A stretch of DNA of 64,000 bases from Eledone cirrhosa (Eukaryota). The DNA lies in assembly GCA_964016885.1 (NCBI GenBank), contig OZ024753.1, forward strand, positions 30,504,001-30,568,000, written 5' to 3'. The position numbers were made by a program, and so were the translations under genes. Below, piece by piece: positions 35,769 through 52,994 of this stretch (positions are counted from its first letter, which is position 1; each line of letters starts with the position of its first letter). Under the pieces are notes generated by a model, which had not been told where the DNA came from, searched no databases, and saw only the letters and a program-made list of their open reading frames with translations.

Positions 35769-37853
35769 ATAATGAAAATCATTCGATCTCACACAACCTG
35801 GTTTTATGTCGAATAAAAGCAGTTGTTCGTCATACATACGGATATGCATACACCCCCTCCCTGTATATAAACAACATAGCATAGCATACGGTTCGATGAA
35901 AACGCCGGAGCACATGTACGTTCGTAAGAATTCAGATTACAAATTCACACTTTGGTTTAAAAAAAAAAAAAAAAAAAAAAAACGCCAAAAAACAAACAAA
36001 ACATATAATAATCCCTGAAGAAGTTTTCAGAAAAGTCGATGTTAAACAGATTATATATAAAAAGGAAAAAGCAAAAAGAAAAATATTGCTTGAATATTAT
36101 CATCACTTATATTATATGTTTATATAGTCTGACAGCATCTGTCACGTCTATTTCGTTCCTTTTTCTTTTTTACATTCTATTTTATCCTTGGAACATATCA
36201 GTTTCGTACGAAATATTCGAAAACAACAGATGCCATGAGCGAATGAGTGGTCGAGTCTCTTGTTAAATAAAATAGCTAAATCTCCCGAAACTCCTAACGT
36301 ACTATCTGAAGGACATATTGAATAATGTAGTTCTGGTTACACAGATTTAAAAAAAGAAGCATTACTTTTTATTGACGGGTGAAATACTTTTTACAATCAT
36401 TGTCTTTTCTTATCTTCAACGAGGAAACTAGAGTATGCACTTTTATGTTGGTTCTCTTCAAATTGATAATAGCATAATTTCTGTTTTGCTGCGCAGCAAA
36501 GAACGACAAAATTTGTCAATCCGAGTCAGGTTTTTGGGTTTCAGCAAGTGTTGCAAGTGAAAAATAAATGTAAGGTTCTTTGACATTTCTTGGTAGTTTC
36601 AAATAGATAGACTTAAGTTACGATACTCGGACTGGGCCCAAGTAGCATGACTGCTGGTGTTGCATCTGATATATATATATGAAAAAAGGAAATGAATGAC
36701 TTTACTTGTAGTTCTAAACAATTTAATGTTATAATATTACAATTACACAATTTTGCTTTGTAGATCTAGTAAGTTCTTTGTTAACTTCGGTGGGAAGTTT
36801 TTTTTAAAGATTCCTGGTTAACTTTTCTGGAGAACTTTCTCGCATTCCTCGGTGGCGATTGTCAAACTGATCTAAAGTTGCGTTGCGATGTGTGGCTAAT
36901 ATATATATATATATATTATACAAATTTACTGTGTATTTCTACCAGTGTAGCCTTTTGCCGATATTCTTAACGGCCTTTCTAAGCATATGAAATACCTTTG
37001 ACAAGGATGAAAAGAATAGAAAGTACTAGCAAGTCTCTACAGGAATTGGTTGGTCTTTCTCTAGGTTTTACAAAAGTTGCACTGTATAGCAGTATTGCAA
37101 GTCTCCAGCTTCCGTTAACATTATTGGTACTGGGGTTTAAAGTAGCTAACATATGATGCTAGATCATTTAATAGGATGTAATTGGTTGCAGGAGGGAGGC
37201 ATGTCGAGCTGCATGCAGTTTGTTGTGGTTGTTTGGATGAAAGAGATGGAAAAAACGTGCTGCAGTGCGAGTCAAAAGAATCTGGATATTCACTTGTAGA
37301 ATCAATAGTGTCGGCAACGATGTAATGAGTGGTTAATGTCGAAAAGCGTCACAAAACATTGAGATCTTCTATCGACAACTCATGAAGACGTGTTTCGCGG
37401 TGCAAACTCTATATAAAATATGTAAGCGATTTCCACATAGTCCACCCCACTTACTAATTTCACAAAGCATTTGGTAATCCGACACTATATTACAAAAGAT
37501 GTTTTCAAGGTAGCGCATAGTAGCTCGAAATCTGAACCACGTGATTTACAACGATGCTATACCCGCTTTTACACATTCACATCCACACATGCACACACAC
37601 ACACATATACATATTAAACTGTTTAAGTAGCGAACTTAATACTAACTTAAAACAGTATAATCTATTTATTATGACTAGATTGATAAATTACTTGCTTGAG
37701 GTTTCTTCTTGCAAGATTTCAAAGTAAACATTGAAGACTCGGGAGACGAAACAGTAAAGAGAAATTAATTCCCACGAACAAACGCGCACGTACGCCGCGT
37801 GGATGCATGTATGAATGAATAAACAGCGATACATAAAACGAATAGTCCCTTAC

Positions 37854-37975
37854 CTCTCTATGCTGATGACCGTTAATGTAAAAACGGAACAAAGCATGGA
37901 AACATTCTGCAAATAGTGAACAGCTTTACATAATACTGCTCCCATGGTCCATGTAAACGAGAAAAATGCCACGCC
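37854..37975 (-). CDS. Peptide GPCR exon encoding ECL1 and TM3 (not in the ORF track)
   Basis: Acceptor ttctag|GGC, donor GAG AG|gtaagg, 122 nt. Reads GVAFFSFTWTMGAVLCKAVHYLQNVSMLCSVFTLTVISIE(R), with WxxG..C and the split ERY. Phase matches the exon at 11996. Confidence 0.93.
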
Positions 37976-39081
37976 CTAGAAGAATATATAAACATTATAT
38001 AGTAAGATATTTACAAACGATATCTATACAAACATGCATCATATGGGAAAATTAGTTTTTATATCAATTCTTTAATATATATTTACCATCATAAAACTAT
38101 AAATTTCAGCAATAAGAAGCAATATATCAGAACTACTATATGGGTGAAAGAGACTGTTCTCAATCACATACATACCTTTATATATATATATATATGTGTG
38201 TTTGTGTGTGTGTGTGTGTGTGTGTATAATTATATATGTATATACATACACATTCGAAAGTAAGGTTTTTATAATATAACCCACAGCGGGTAAACATGTA
38301 GGAAAAAGTTAAAATTTTACTTAGTCGTTAAGAAAGTTTATTTATAAAAACATAATTTTATAGGTTTCATGATTTTCATGGAGAGATCGGTAACTATGCC
38401 GGCTTGTAACTAGCATATATATGTGATATTTTAATTTCACACACACTATATATATATATATATATAATTACGTCACATGGTGACGCAACCTGATAATCCA
38501 TACCCCACTCATAGGTCACACACCACATTAAGTCCTGTAACTTTTCTGATACACCTCGCACATATATAAATACATATATGCATGCATACATGCATACATA
38601 CATGAATACATACATACATATATGCATGCATACATGCATATATATATATACATGAATGCATACATACATATATGCATGTATTCATACATACATTTATTTA
38701 TCTATTAAACTAAATTTGTTTTAATAATGTAATGTTTATGGAATTTCAAGCCTGAAGCTTCCCACACATACGCATAGAAACACACACTCACTTACATATG
38801 TATCTGTCTTTATGCGTGTGTTGCTCTTTTATTAACGATATTTCCATCGACAAGGCAACAGAAAAAAATAATCACCCATTTACAACTTCAACTGCCAATT
38901 GTAAACGTAACATGGAGGAAGCAAAAACGAAAGAGCCGCGGCAAAAAGACTGCAAGCTAATGCTATGAGTAATGTAGCCCAAAGGAAAATTGAGACTAAC
39001 AGTAAATGACTTCATAACGAACAGAAATAGTCCATTTATAACTACTTTTAAGCCATGACAACAACAGGTATTCTGTTAGTG

Positions 39082-39921
<840 letters not shown>

Positions 39922-39985
39922 ATACATACATACATACATACATGATGGCTGCCCCCTCGTTATCGAGTATGGCCATTGCACGAGG
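39922..39985 (-). mobile_element. 3' end and (ATGT)n tail of RTE-derived family 2
   Basis: Reverse complement matches 50495-50547 (gtgcaatggccatactcga...gagggggcag.catcatgtatg). Confidence 0.7.
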
Positions 39986-40226
39986 AGAAATAAAAAATAA
40001 AATAATAATAATAATAAATAAATAAAAAAAAAGAAATATATATATATATGTATACATATACATATACACACACACACACTCACACATATACACACACACA
40101 TACATTAATAACAATAATAATAATAATAATAATCATAACAACAATAATAACGACAACAACAATAATAATATACATATATATATACACACACACACATAAG
40201 CATATCTACAGACACACACACACACA

Positions 40227-40402
40227 CAAAGGCTAAGGTGTCATCTCTCCCGGTTATTTTGGATGGCCATTGATTCTTAAGAGCTCCTTTGCCCTTTGAC
40301 AGGTTTTGTTTTTAGTCCTGCAGGATGTCCAAAATTACCCTCCTCACCAAGAAACCTTTTGTGGGGTTACCAGTTTAGTCGCCAACGACCCGACCATGAG
40401 AC
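40227..40402 (-). mobile_element. RTE-derived family 1, 5' part only (left module of composite copy 1)
   Basis: Matches 54089-54264, including the same end point and the aacgacccgacc variant. Confidence 0.75.
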
Positions 40403-40420
40403 ATACATACATACATACAT

Positions 40421-43400
40421 CAGTCAGTCAGTCAGTCAATCAACGCGATCAGTCGCATATTTTGGCGTGGGAGACTATTTATTAAATTTAAGATGAATAC
40501 TATCTCCGACAGTAATCCCACAACTACAGCCAGGTTGAATAACTGGTTATTCTTCTAACTATCCCTTCTGAAGACACCTTTTATTCGAATTCGTAGAGAT
40601 ATCCGACTAAATACGTAATTCATTTTACAAGGATTTGCTACAAACAGCATGGCTGAACACAACATCAACAAGAAAATTAAGGAAGTATCGAAGACAAATA
40701 ACAAAGAAGGTAATCAAACTTTATTCAGCTGTAGCTACAGAAGAAACCGAAATTATAAATCGCATTTCTCTTGGAGTTGCGAACTTAATAATGATTTATT
40801 TAATTGTACTAAAATGGCAAAAAGCAATCCCTCCATTGGCTATATGAATAGAATGAAGCTACACTGGGACGAAATGCACCCAGAGCTAAATTATTTCTCA
40901 GCGAAACAATTACGCCAACAAGCGACGTTTGTTGAACGTAAAAATAAGATAAATATTATTAATTGTAAGTCCCCCACAACAAACATGGAATCAACAACAC
41001 GTGCTACAGATCGCCATGCTACTAGACTTCCTAGCAGCCAGGTCGAACAGCGCCTTGAAACAACTATGCCTGTACCATCTAAGTCTACCTCGAATGCTGG
41101 GGAAAACACTATCGATAATAATAATAATCGAAGAAATAATAATAATAATCGAATAAATGTGACACCACGTATACCATCCGAGTCTACCTCGACTGTTGTG
41201 GAAAATACTATCGATAATGATAATCAAAAGTATAAACAATTGAAAATTTCCCTCAACGAAATCTTCCAGAGAGAAATTAACTCATGTATAAATATCTCTC
41301 TGGCTGAACATGTTAAAATGACAATGGTGAATAAAAAACCAAATAATGAAATACTACGTGTTATTGACGAAATAGGGGATGAATATTTACGACGGATAAA
41401 AACCCCAACATTTTGGCAAATCAACGCCTGTTTATATGCCTTAGCAATGACAGTGAAGCATTATCTTGGTGATAGCAGAGATATTAATAAGAACAAAACA
41501 CCACCAAAAATACCATCATATATAACTAAAATAGAAAAAAAGAGTGCTGACCTAGGAAAAAACATAGGACATGTGACAATGCTCCTTACATGCAAACAAA
41601 CACAAAAAAACCTCACTCCTCACCAACAAAGAGTGAAAAATAAAATAGAGACGATGTTTGGTAACAGTAGAACCAGAACTCTCCAATATAAGCTGATCAC
41701 CCTCAAACAAGAATTGAGAGCTGTTAGCGAAAAACGCCGATACCTGAAGAAGGTAGATGAGAGAAAAATGCTTAATAAAAGATTCAGACGAAACCAAACA
41801 TCAGTCTATAGAGATATGAAGGGCAAAATAATAAGTGTCACTGAGGCCCCATCCCAGAAAGACACAGATTCCTTTTGGAGAAAAATATGGGGTGAAAAGA
41901 AGAATTTCAACCAAGATGCAGTGTGGCTAAGAGAAATCTGAAAGAACTATTGCTCCTACACTACAACAAAAACATACGAAATAAGTGAGGGTACCCTTGA
42001 GACTGTGATAGGAAAACTCCAAGATAAGAAAACACCAGGAAGAGACATAATTGTCGGCTACTGGTACAAAAAACTAATATTCTATCGGAGGTATCTTACT
42101 GACCTCTACCAACAAGTTCTTAAGGGAGATACACTTATACCAGAATGGTTGACATTAGCACAAACGTTACTGGTCCCCAAGAACAAAGACACCCACTTGG
42201 CAAAAAACTACCGACCCATTGCATGCCAAAACCTGATGTATAAGATGTATACAGCCTGCCTGAACCTATTCCTCCAAGATCACTGTGAAAATAATATCAT
42301 CATCACAGATGAACAAGCAGCTGGAAAGAAAAGGGTTTGGGGATGTGCTGAACAACTCCTAATCAACAAAACTGCGATGTCCGAGGTGCGACAACTTAGG
42401 AGGAATATGAGTACAGTCTGGCTGGAGTACAAGAAAGCTTTCGATTCTGTTCCCCACTCTTGGATGATAGAGGCCCTCCAACTTGCTAAAGTCCCAGACA
42501 TTATTGTCAGAGTCATAGAGAGGCTGTCTTCTTCTTGGGCTACTATCCTAAGGTTAAAGACAGAGAGGGAGGACTCTATTTTCACTGATAAAATAAAATA
42601 TTGCAGGGGTATATTTCAGGGGGACAGTCTCTCTGTGATATTGTTCATCTTGTCATTAAACCCCTTGTCCTTTCTGCTCAAGAAATGTGAGGGATACATC
42701 ATTGGCTCACAGGAGGACAGAAATACGAACCTAACCCATAACTTCTTTGTGGACGATCTGAAACTCTATGCCAAGAACATGGATGGGATGAAGAAAAATC
42801 TTGACCTGGTTACAACGTTCTCAAAGGATATAGGAATGGAGTTTGGCCAAGATAAATGCTCATACATGACTGTAAAGCGGGGGAAAACAACAACCCAATC
42901 TAACAACATTGTCATCAATGGTCTAACTGTTTCACCGATATCTGATGAGGACTGCTACAGATACCTGGGGGTAGATGAGAACATATCCTATAATGGTATC
43001 TGTAATAAAGAACGCGTAACCAGGGAATACTACACCCGATTAAGAAAGATCTGGTCATCGGAACTCTCTGCGCAAAACAAAACAGTGGCTCACAATGTGT
43101 TTGCTGTGCCTGTCCTAACACCAACGTTTGGAATACTCAATTGGACGATAGACGAAATCCGAGCAGTTGATGTTGGAACTCGAAAAATACTGAACAACAC
43201 CGGAAACTTCCACATCAACAGTGACATAGACCGCCTTTACTTGAAACGTAAGCAGGGAGGCAGAGGCCTAACATCAGTCCAGACAATATTTGAAAGTCGC
43301 ATCATATCTCTCCGACAACATCTACGAACCTCGAAGCGTAGGAGCCCGCTTCTCGAGCAAGTCTATCTGCATGAAACAGATAAGATCATGAGAGTTGGGA

Positions 43401-44532
43401 AGGAACTCCTTGAGAGATATTCCCTGTGTGATAATCAAAAACTCACACCCAGGGATGTCGCTCAGCAGTATCGCAGAGAATCCATGGATGAAAAACTGCA
43501 TGCCTATCAGCAAAAAATCATGCATGGAAATGTTGCCAGGAAGCTGCAGAGTGAGAGTAATATAGATAAGGAAAGTAGTCTATCTTGGACCAACAACCGC
43601 TATATTGACTCCCACTTTGAAGGATACGCTTTTGCAATCCAAGAACAGGAGATTAGCACGAAATACCTGATTCACAAAAGAGATAGGGATGCAGACAAAA
43701 CACCTAGATGTGATAACAAGTGCAGACTCTGCAGAACTAACATCGAGGATATCACCCATGTCATCAGCAGCTGTCCAAAGATGTCATCGCGGTACTATCT
43801 ACCTATGAGGCATGATGTAGTGGCCAAAACACTGTGCAGTTCGTAAAAAAGATAGCCCCGATAATAAACACATTAAAAGCTACAACAATGTGGAAGACAT
43901 CCATGTACATAATATGAAAGAGTACTGGTGGAATGTTCCAGTAAAAACCCCAATAAAATGCAGGCATAACAGACCAGATATTATGATATGGGACAGGGAG
44001 AAGAAAACATGCGCAGTAGTAGAAATTAGCTGCCCAGCAGATGCCAATATAATATCAAAGATTAGTGAAAAGGAGAATATTTATGCAGAACTGATGAGAA
44101 ATCTGCAGATACTCCACCCTGATTACACCTTCAGATTTATGCCTGTGATTATTGGGGCACTGGGATATGTTAGTAACTGCCTCAATACAAATCTTGAGAA
44201 GCTAGGCTTCACAGGAACAGAAAGAACACAACTAATTAGGAAACTACAAGTACAATCCATTGATGGAACAGTAAAAATATGTAAAACATTCCAAAAATTT
44301 TGCATCTAATAACTGCATATACACATGTACAGACAGAAAGCATATACACATGCACACATACAACTCAAAACATCCACATCCACACATACAATAACATCCA
44401 TATCTACATATGCATGCATACATAGATATCTACCTAGTTGATGTGTAAATTCCAATGAGAGAGTCTTCTGTCTATGTTAGAAACCGACTCTTTCTCTATT
44501 GGTAAAACTTTGTGAAATTATAAAAACAGAAC
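40421..44532 (+). mobile_element. R4/Dong-clade RLE non-LTR retrotransposon, family A, copy 1 (full length)
   Basis: Single ORF with a Myb-like N-terminus (FSWSCELN...GYMNRMKLHW), RT (YRPIAC, AFDSVPH, GIFQGDSLS, FFVDDLKLY, YRYLG, DRLY...GGRGL), CCHC knuckle (CRLC...H...C) and RLE (RHD, RPD, E, KxxxY). Bounded by (ATAC)n at 40401-40420 and 44531-44574. Confidence 0.92.
40649..44309 (+). pseudogene. Family A ORF (about 1220 aa reconstructed), disrupted
   Basis: CGA>TGA at 41939-41941, a 5-bp deletion near 43836, and WLE instead of WLD at the first RT Asp, all judged against copy 2. Confidence 0.88.
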
Positions 44533-44574
44533 ATACATACATACATACATACATACATACATACATACATACAT

Positions 44575-47500
44575 GATACTACAAATACAGCCCTTGTAGA
44601 CAACCACCCCACCTCCACTGACAGACAAAGAGAATGGCCAGCTAAATCTAACAGTGAACAGCTCACCAACAATTTTGCTGAAATCCATCCCACTTCCACT
44701 GAAGAACAGCGAGAAAGGTCAGCTGACTCTAGTAGTAATTGTCACCACATCAACAACGAGGCTGAAATTCATGACTCTACTGAACAAACAGAGCACCAAA
44801 AACTTGTGGACACCCTACAAGTGATATGGAACGATATGTTTCAAGAGATACACAGCCTTAATGTGAGTGACAGACCATACAACACCAGAATCAGTGAAGA
44901 ACCCACTAAAGTGGAATTGGATGCGGTGAACGAAATAGCTGGCAATTATCTGAAGGCTATACGATCTAAAGGTGAAGAAACGACATTTGAAACGCTTAAT
45001 GTTTTGTTATATGTTTCAGCTGTCACATTGCTATCATATAACACACATCTAAAACCACGCAATCAAGATACAAACAGAAAGCCTGAACCAGCGTGGATGC
45101 GAAATTTAAAAAGCAAAATTTTGTCCCTGAGACCAAGTATCTCACACATCGCAGTCGTTATGAAATGCAACATAGAGAGCAACTTCACACGACACCAGGA
45201 AGACCTAAAGAAAAAGTTAGAGAGACGATTTGGAGATACAAAATTTAAAACTTTGAACTCCAAATTACACCAGTTGAAACAACAACTCACAGCTACAACA
45301 GAAAGACTAAAATATAAGTCAACAGCACATAGACGACAAGTGCTAAATAGATTGTTTGCCAGAGATCCTAAATCAGTTTATCGCAGCTTCGGTGGCAAAA
45401 GCTCAATCCCTGTAAACGACACCCCTTCAAAAGAACAGGTTGAGAGCTACTGGAGATCTGTATGGGAAACGGATAACGGATTCAACAGACAAACTAATTG
45501 GCTAAAAGAACTGGAACAGGACTACTGCCAACCTGTCCAGATAAAACAATATGACATAGATGGGACAATACTGGAAACAGCTCTACAGAAAATGTCGAAT
45601 AGGAAATCGCCAGGCCGAGACCTCATTACAGGATACTGGTTGAAGAATTTCACTTTCTATCGGCAAGATCTCATACGGCTGTTTACAGGAACCATTAAAG
45701 GCACACAAGAACTGCCCAGATGGTTATCAACTGCCACTACTCTCCTCATTCCCCAAAGTAGCCAAACCACCCTTGCTAAAAATTACCGCCCAATAGCCTG
45801 CCAAAACATCATGTATAAATTATATACTGGGTGCCTTAACCTGTTCTTACAGGATCACTGTGCTACCAACAACATCATAACACCTGACCAAGCTGGTGGA
45901 AAGAGGGAGGTGTGGGGTTGCATAGATCACCTACTAACCAACAAAATGATTCAGGAAAAAACAACAAAGAATCGCAGAAACATGACTGTGGTGTGGCTGG
46001 ACTATCAACAAGCATTTGATAGTGTACCTCATGGGTGGATTATTAAGGCTTTACAGTTAGCTAAAGTCCCACAACCATTGGTAGCTGCTGTTGAACGCCT
46101 GACCAAGAACTGGTACACCAATTTGATCCTTAGAGGTGAGAAGGAGCAAGTTAAGACTGATAAGATACATTACCAGAAGGGCATCTTTCAGGGTGATAGA
46201 TTGTCAGTGCTACTCTTCCTTCTCTCACTGAATCCACTATCTTACCTACTCAGGAAACAAGGTGGACAAAGAAGTGGGTCCAGAAGTATCTCCCATCTTT
46301 TCTTTGTTGATGACCTGAAGTTGTATGGGCCAAATATCAATGACATCAAGAAACAATTGGACCTCATTACACAATTTTCAGCCGACATCAAAATGAAATT
46401 TGGTGAGTCCAAGTGTGCATATTTGGCAGTAAAACGTGGAAGAGCTGTGCCCTCCTCTAGAAATCTAGAGATGAACGGCCTGACAATACAACCTCTGCAG
46501 TCAGGTGACAACTACAGATATCTTGGACAGGATGAGAATGTCAGATATGATGGACCCATAAATAAGGAGAGAACCAGAACTGAATACCTCAGAAGAGTAA
46601 AGAAAATATGGTCATCAGAACTGTCAGCATACAACAAATACATTGCCCACAATACTTATGCTGTGCCAATTCTAACGCCAACATTTGGCCTGCTGAACTG
46701 GTCATTGCAAGAACTAAGTGAGATGGATGTTAGAACTCGAAAACTTCTCAGTGTTACTGGGAACTTTAACATCAATGGTGATGTGGATAGGCTATACTTC
46801 TCACGCAAGGAAGGTGGCCGGGGTTTAAAATCCATATTAACAACATATGAGACCCGGATAGTAACACTGAAGCAACACCTTCAACAGAGGAAAAAGGTTG
46901 GCAACCATCTTGCCCAGGTTTATGAGCATGAAAAAAAAATATCATTAGAATAGCGACTGATCTGGAGGAGAATAAAGCCTGATATAAATGGAATAAAGCC
47001 TGATATAAATCTCGCACCCAGAGAAATCGGAAGATCCTATTCAATGTTCAAACAAGATAAAAAAATTGACCAATTTACAGAAAAAGTTGTGCATGGATAC
47101 TTGAGGCGTAAAACACAGACCATAGAGGGGATACACCACTCAAAAAGCCTGGCATGGAGTTCCGACAAGTTTATGACATCACACCTTGAGGGATATCTCT
47201 ATGCAATACAAGAACAAGAACTCCCTACCAAATATCTGCTGACAATAAATGTAAAACAAAGATCGAGGATGTAAGCCACATTGTTGCCAGCTGCGAACGA
47301 ATGTCATCTCGCTACTACCTCCCCATGAGACACGATGGGATAGCTAGAACCATCTGGAACGCACTTCGGAAAACAAAATTAACAACAAACGAGGAAGAAT
47401 ATATTGAGACAGATGGCACTAAGGAATACTGGTGGAACCTGAAAATAAAAACTGTCACCAAATTAAAGCACAACCGGCCTGATATTGTAGTTTGGGACCA

Positions 47501-47889
47501 CACATTGAAAACGTGTTCTGTTGTGGAGATCAGCTGCCCACTTGATGTAAACGTTGTCAGAAAAATACAGGAGGAGGAGGACATCTACGGACCATTGATG
47601 AGGAGTTTACAAATCCAGTATCCAAGATACACCTGTAGCTTCATACCCATCATTATTGGAGCTACGGGTTATATACCAATCTGCTTGGACCAAAGTATGA
47701 CTGAACTTGGATTTGCGGACAAAAAACGCAGCTCCCTAATTCATAGTCTACAAATGGCTGCGATAGCTGGCACCTTCAAAATTTGCAAAACATTCTTGCG
47801 ATTCAAGGGATGACAATTTCTTTTCTTTTACAACCTTGCCACCAGGAAGGTGGCCGGTCAAAAAAATATACTCGAAATTAAGAGAGAAC
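44575..47889 (+). mobile_element. R4/Dong-clade element, family B, copy 1 (lacks about 325 bp at the 5' end)
   Basis: ORFs 44806-46953, 47044-47274 and 47301-47813 carry the same RT and RLE motif set. Starts at gatactacaaat (equivalent to 58740 of copy 2). Followed by (ATAC)n at 47888-47945. Confidence 0.92.
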
Positions 47890-48074
47890 ATACATACATA
47901 CATACATACATACATACATACATACATACATACATACATACATACGAGATATTGGTTCGAAGAAACATTTATTATCCTATAGATTCTCTAACACGTTTCA
48001 ATACAGCTATGTAATTGCCTAAGATGATTTATTACGTAATCCACTATTTCGCTCTGCGTAGATAAATTCAGCAT

Positions 48075-48112
<38 letters not shown>

Positions 48113-48274
48113 CATACACACACATGAGAGAGAGAACTGATGATCTTGTGAAACTCCAGAATATCAAGGCTCATTTGAGATGGCAGCATGAATCGAGCTG
48201 TTATTTTTCTCTAAAAACATTTTTTCCCAATTCCACCACCCTCATCCCTTCAATCTTTCTAATTTCTCATTCTT

Positions 48275-48310
48275 TCTTCTGATGAAGGACTAGCATCCGA
48301 AACGTTAAGA
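48275..48310 (+). ncRNA. Minimal type I hammerhead ribozyme motif (solo PLE pseudo-LTR remnant)
   Basis: tctt CTGATGA a gga-ctagca-tcc GAAA cg TT aaga. Stem I tctt/aaga, palindromic AACGTT stem III. The segment ends at (TA)n near 48395. Confidence 0.65.
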
Positions 48311-49312
48311 CCCTCTTCCTGCTATTTCAAGCGTTAATCTAATATATTCCTTGTATATACTGTACCGATTGTGTTGTTATTTCTGTTTATCTTTTATATA
48401 TATATATAGAGAGAGAGCAATATATTACTTTTACTTAACTTAATCCCTTAATTCCTGAGTTATATGGGCGCCGTAGTGGGATACGGTACATCTTGGGCAT
48501 ATTTTAAACCTGGCGGACCCAATCTGAATACAATAGACTTCTTCCATATATACTGCCAATATCAATATTCAGTCTGTCTAATGAATTTAATTTTACCGAA
48601 CCAGTGACACGTCTTTGATCATAAGTCTGCTTGGATAAATGTTGAATTTTGTCTAACAGTAGCAGCAGCAGCAACAACAACAACAGACAACTTTTAATCT
48701 GTGTTTTATCTGAGTTCCGCTAAGTAAACTTTACTGTGACATATCTTCTTAATCCGAATTCAAATCCTCTTGTAAGGTCTAATAATAAACAAACAACTGT
48801 AGAATAGTTGAAACAATTTTAAGATTAATATTAAATAACAAATATATATATTTTCTTGATTCTATGTTAAACTGTAGCTGACATGTCATTTAAAAAAAAT
48901 CAATTAAAAAATCTATATTAGGAATTATAGGAATAAAAGCAAAATTTAAACATAAGACAAAAAACAGCATATAAAACAAATATTAAAAGAAAAATAAAGA
49001 ATACATTAAACGAACTATAGGTGGATGATTCGGATTGATGGTCTGTTTAATTAAGAGAATAGAGAAAGGTAGAAGACAATATAGGTAGTGGAAGATATAC
49101 AGAACGCGTCTGCTTTGTCCGTCTTTCTTTCCAAGTTAGCAATATTCCAAAATCTATTAATTCATAGATTTCATCCGTTTTTTTAAGTGTCGGACAAAAC
49201 GCTTTGCAGTATTTTTTTCAGTTCAATACTTTCTGAATTCGAATCCTGCCGAGGTAAATAAAACAAAAGCCGAAGAAATAATGCATTGATCAATATATAT
49301 AAATACATATAA

Positions 49313-49362
<50 letters not shown>

Positions 49363-49404
49363 ACGCGAAACGAAGTGAGTTGTGTGGTTACTGTAAACAA
49401 AGTT

Positions 49405-49494
49405 TAAGATGGTAATATGGACGAAACCAGAGAAGAAATCCTTCATCAACCGATGAAGGATTTCTTCTCTTGTTTCGTCTATATTACCATCTTA
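49405..49494. repeat. Inverted repeat, 43-bp arms and 4-nt loop
   Basis: taagatggtaatatggacgaaacc...ccttcatc aacc gatgaagg...gtttcgtctatattaccatctta. Confidence 0.9.
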
Positions 49495-49503
49495 TATATA
49501 TAC

Positions 49504-49923
49504 ATGGTGGCTGCCAACTCGTTTTCGAGTACGGCCACTACTTTATATCCATGAAGGAGAACCCCTACCGATGCGCTGAACGAGTGTGACTTTTTAGTCC
49601 AGCCAGCGACTTGAAAACTCTGGTACAAACACTACACTTGTGACAATTATTGACACATAGTGCTGGGCCCATGGTACCATGTGATGACAAGTGCAGAGAG
49701 ATCTCCAGATATAAAGCAATGCCTGTGCCGTGAAGCTTTTATAGTGAGCAAAGGCACTGCACAAAGCCAGTCCCACTCTCTTAACCAAGATGATATTTAC
49801 CAAAAAGAAGAACAAGTCAACATCATTGGATACCATCAGGGTTGCAGGTGTTATATCAGAGTTTTCCTTCTCCAAGAATTCTGCATTGACAAAGGCTAAG
49901 GGGTCATCTCTCCCAGTGATTTT

Positions 49924-49924
<1 letters not shown>
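49504..49924 (-). mobile_element. RTE-derived family 1, 5'-truncated
   Basis: Near-identical to 53704-54122. Confidence 0.8.
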
Positions 49925-50166
<242 letters not shown>

Positions 50167-50191
50167 TTATGTATAAGTGTATGTACGTATG

Positions 50192-50547
50192 TTAGAAATA
50201 GTCGGGCTGGACACCCGATCGCGCGGTTAAACCACTAGGAGTGAAGGACCCCTAGCCTTTCTCAGGGCATTCTTCTAGGAGAAGGCAACTCAGGAAACTG
50301 GGATAACTCCGATATAAAACCTGCGGCTCAGTAGTTACCGATGTTATTTATCTTTTCGTCTTTTCGGGTTATAGCTACTGTCGCTCAGAGAGTGGGATTG
50401 GCTCAGTGCACAGTCTTTCCTCATTTTAAACAAATATCTTCACGTACAGGCATTGCACGATAGCATTAATTAATAATTATGAATAACGGTATATCGTGCA
50501 ATGGCCATACTCGAGAATGAGGGGGCAGACATCATGTATGTATGTAT
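50192..50547 (+). mobile_element. RTE-derived short element, family 2
   Basis: gacccctagcctttctcagggcattcttctaggagaaggcaactc parallels the family 1 5' part. 3' end ggccatactcgagaatgag..ggcag.catcATGTATGT parallels the family 1 tail. Confidence 0.65.
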
Positions 50548-50866
50548 AGTCATTGGCTGATTAAATACGTTTAACAAACACAGTAAAACAGTTTTCACAG
50601 CCCGTATCATTGATTTCGTAATTGTTTTAAGTATATAGAGTCTGTATTTTAAGGATATTGCAAGTGGGAATCTGTGGCGTTCATGGATTTCTACAACAAT
50701 ATCAACACATTACATTTGCTAAGGCCATTTTTACCCTCATTTTATCCATACTAAAATTTAAAACGCCACCACGAACTCAATGACAAGTGGTTAATGAAAT
50801 ACATATAACAATATCATGAATCAGCTTGTTCTATGTAAGGAAACACATAACTACCGGATTTTACAC

Positions 50867-52135
<1,269 letters not shown>

Positions 52136-52994
52136 ATTTACGTTGCTCTTATATTGCCCAAGGAAAGATGCCGGCCGCCGTCTTGTTAATATATCAAAAT
52201 TGACCGGACACAAAGCAAAGTAGAACCCGTATTAAATTGTGTATATATCGCTAGTTAAATATAGTAATAAGCACTATATTTTCCCTGTTAGACGCCACAA
52301 AATTACATGCGAATCCCGGTAATTGTACATATTTTCAGTAAGCTTAATGGATATGTGATCTACTGTCATTAACTAACATCCACTGTTCTTCAGAGCTATA
52401 TGCAGATACGATGCGTGGCATGAAACCGTTTTGATAAATTATTTCTTGTATAAACGACTGGACCAAACCAAAACAACTACAGAGTGAAACAAATATCGCT
52501 GTGCGCGTGTGTGTCTGTGTGTGTGTGAGCGCGTGCGTGTTTGTGTGTGTGATGGAGAGAGTGAGGAGAGAGAGAGAGAGGGATATATATATATGAGAGT
52601 GAGAGAGAGATTCTGCAGTTGGAGACACAGCCAGATATATGAAAACAAAAGGCAAAAAAATAGGAAATAAAATCTATTTTAAGAAATGTTTATGACAATA
52701 TATATAACTCTGACAAAAGTATGAAATCTCTCAAATCTATTGCATGTCCATTCCGTATATCAGGCTTGGACAACCAACGGCATTCGACAGTCTATGGTTT
52801 CCTTTTCTCTGCTACCCGTAATTGCCATAATTACATAAACATTACTTTTTGTTAATTTGGCAGTTTTTGTTTCAAATAAATCGTTGTGTGGCTTTGATAT
52901 AGGATAACTCGTAAGCTGGAGAAAATTCGCCCTTGAAAGAGATTGGGAGTAGTTTTAAAGTGTATTATGTGCTATAATTGTATATTATTATTAT

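Noticed and set aside
40649-47813. A and B as two ORFs of one bicistronic element
   Set aside because: Each has its own complete Myb-RT-knuckle-RLE set, UTRs and ATAC boundary, so they are separate elements in tandem.
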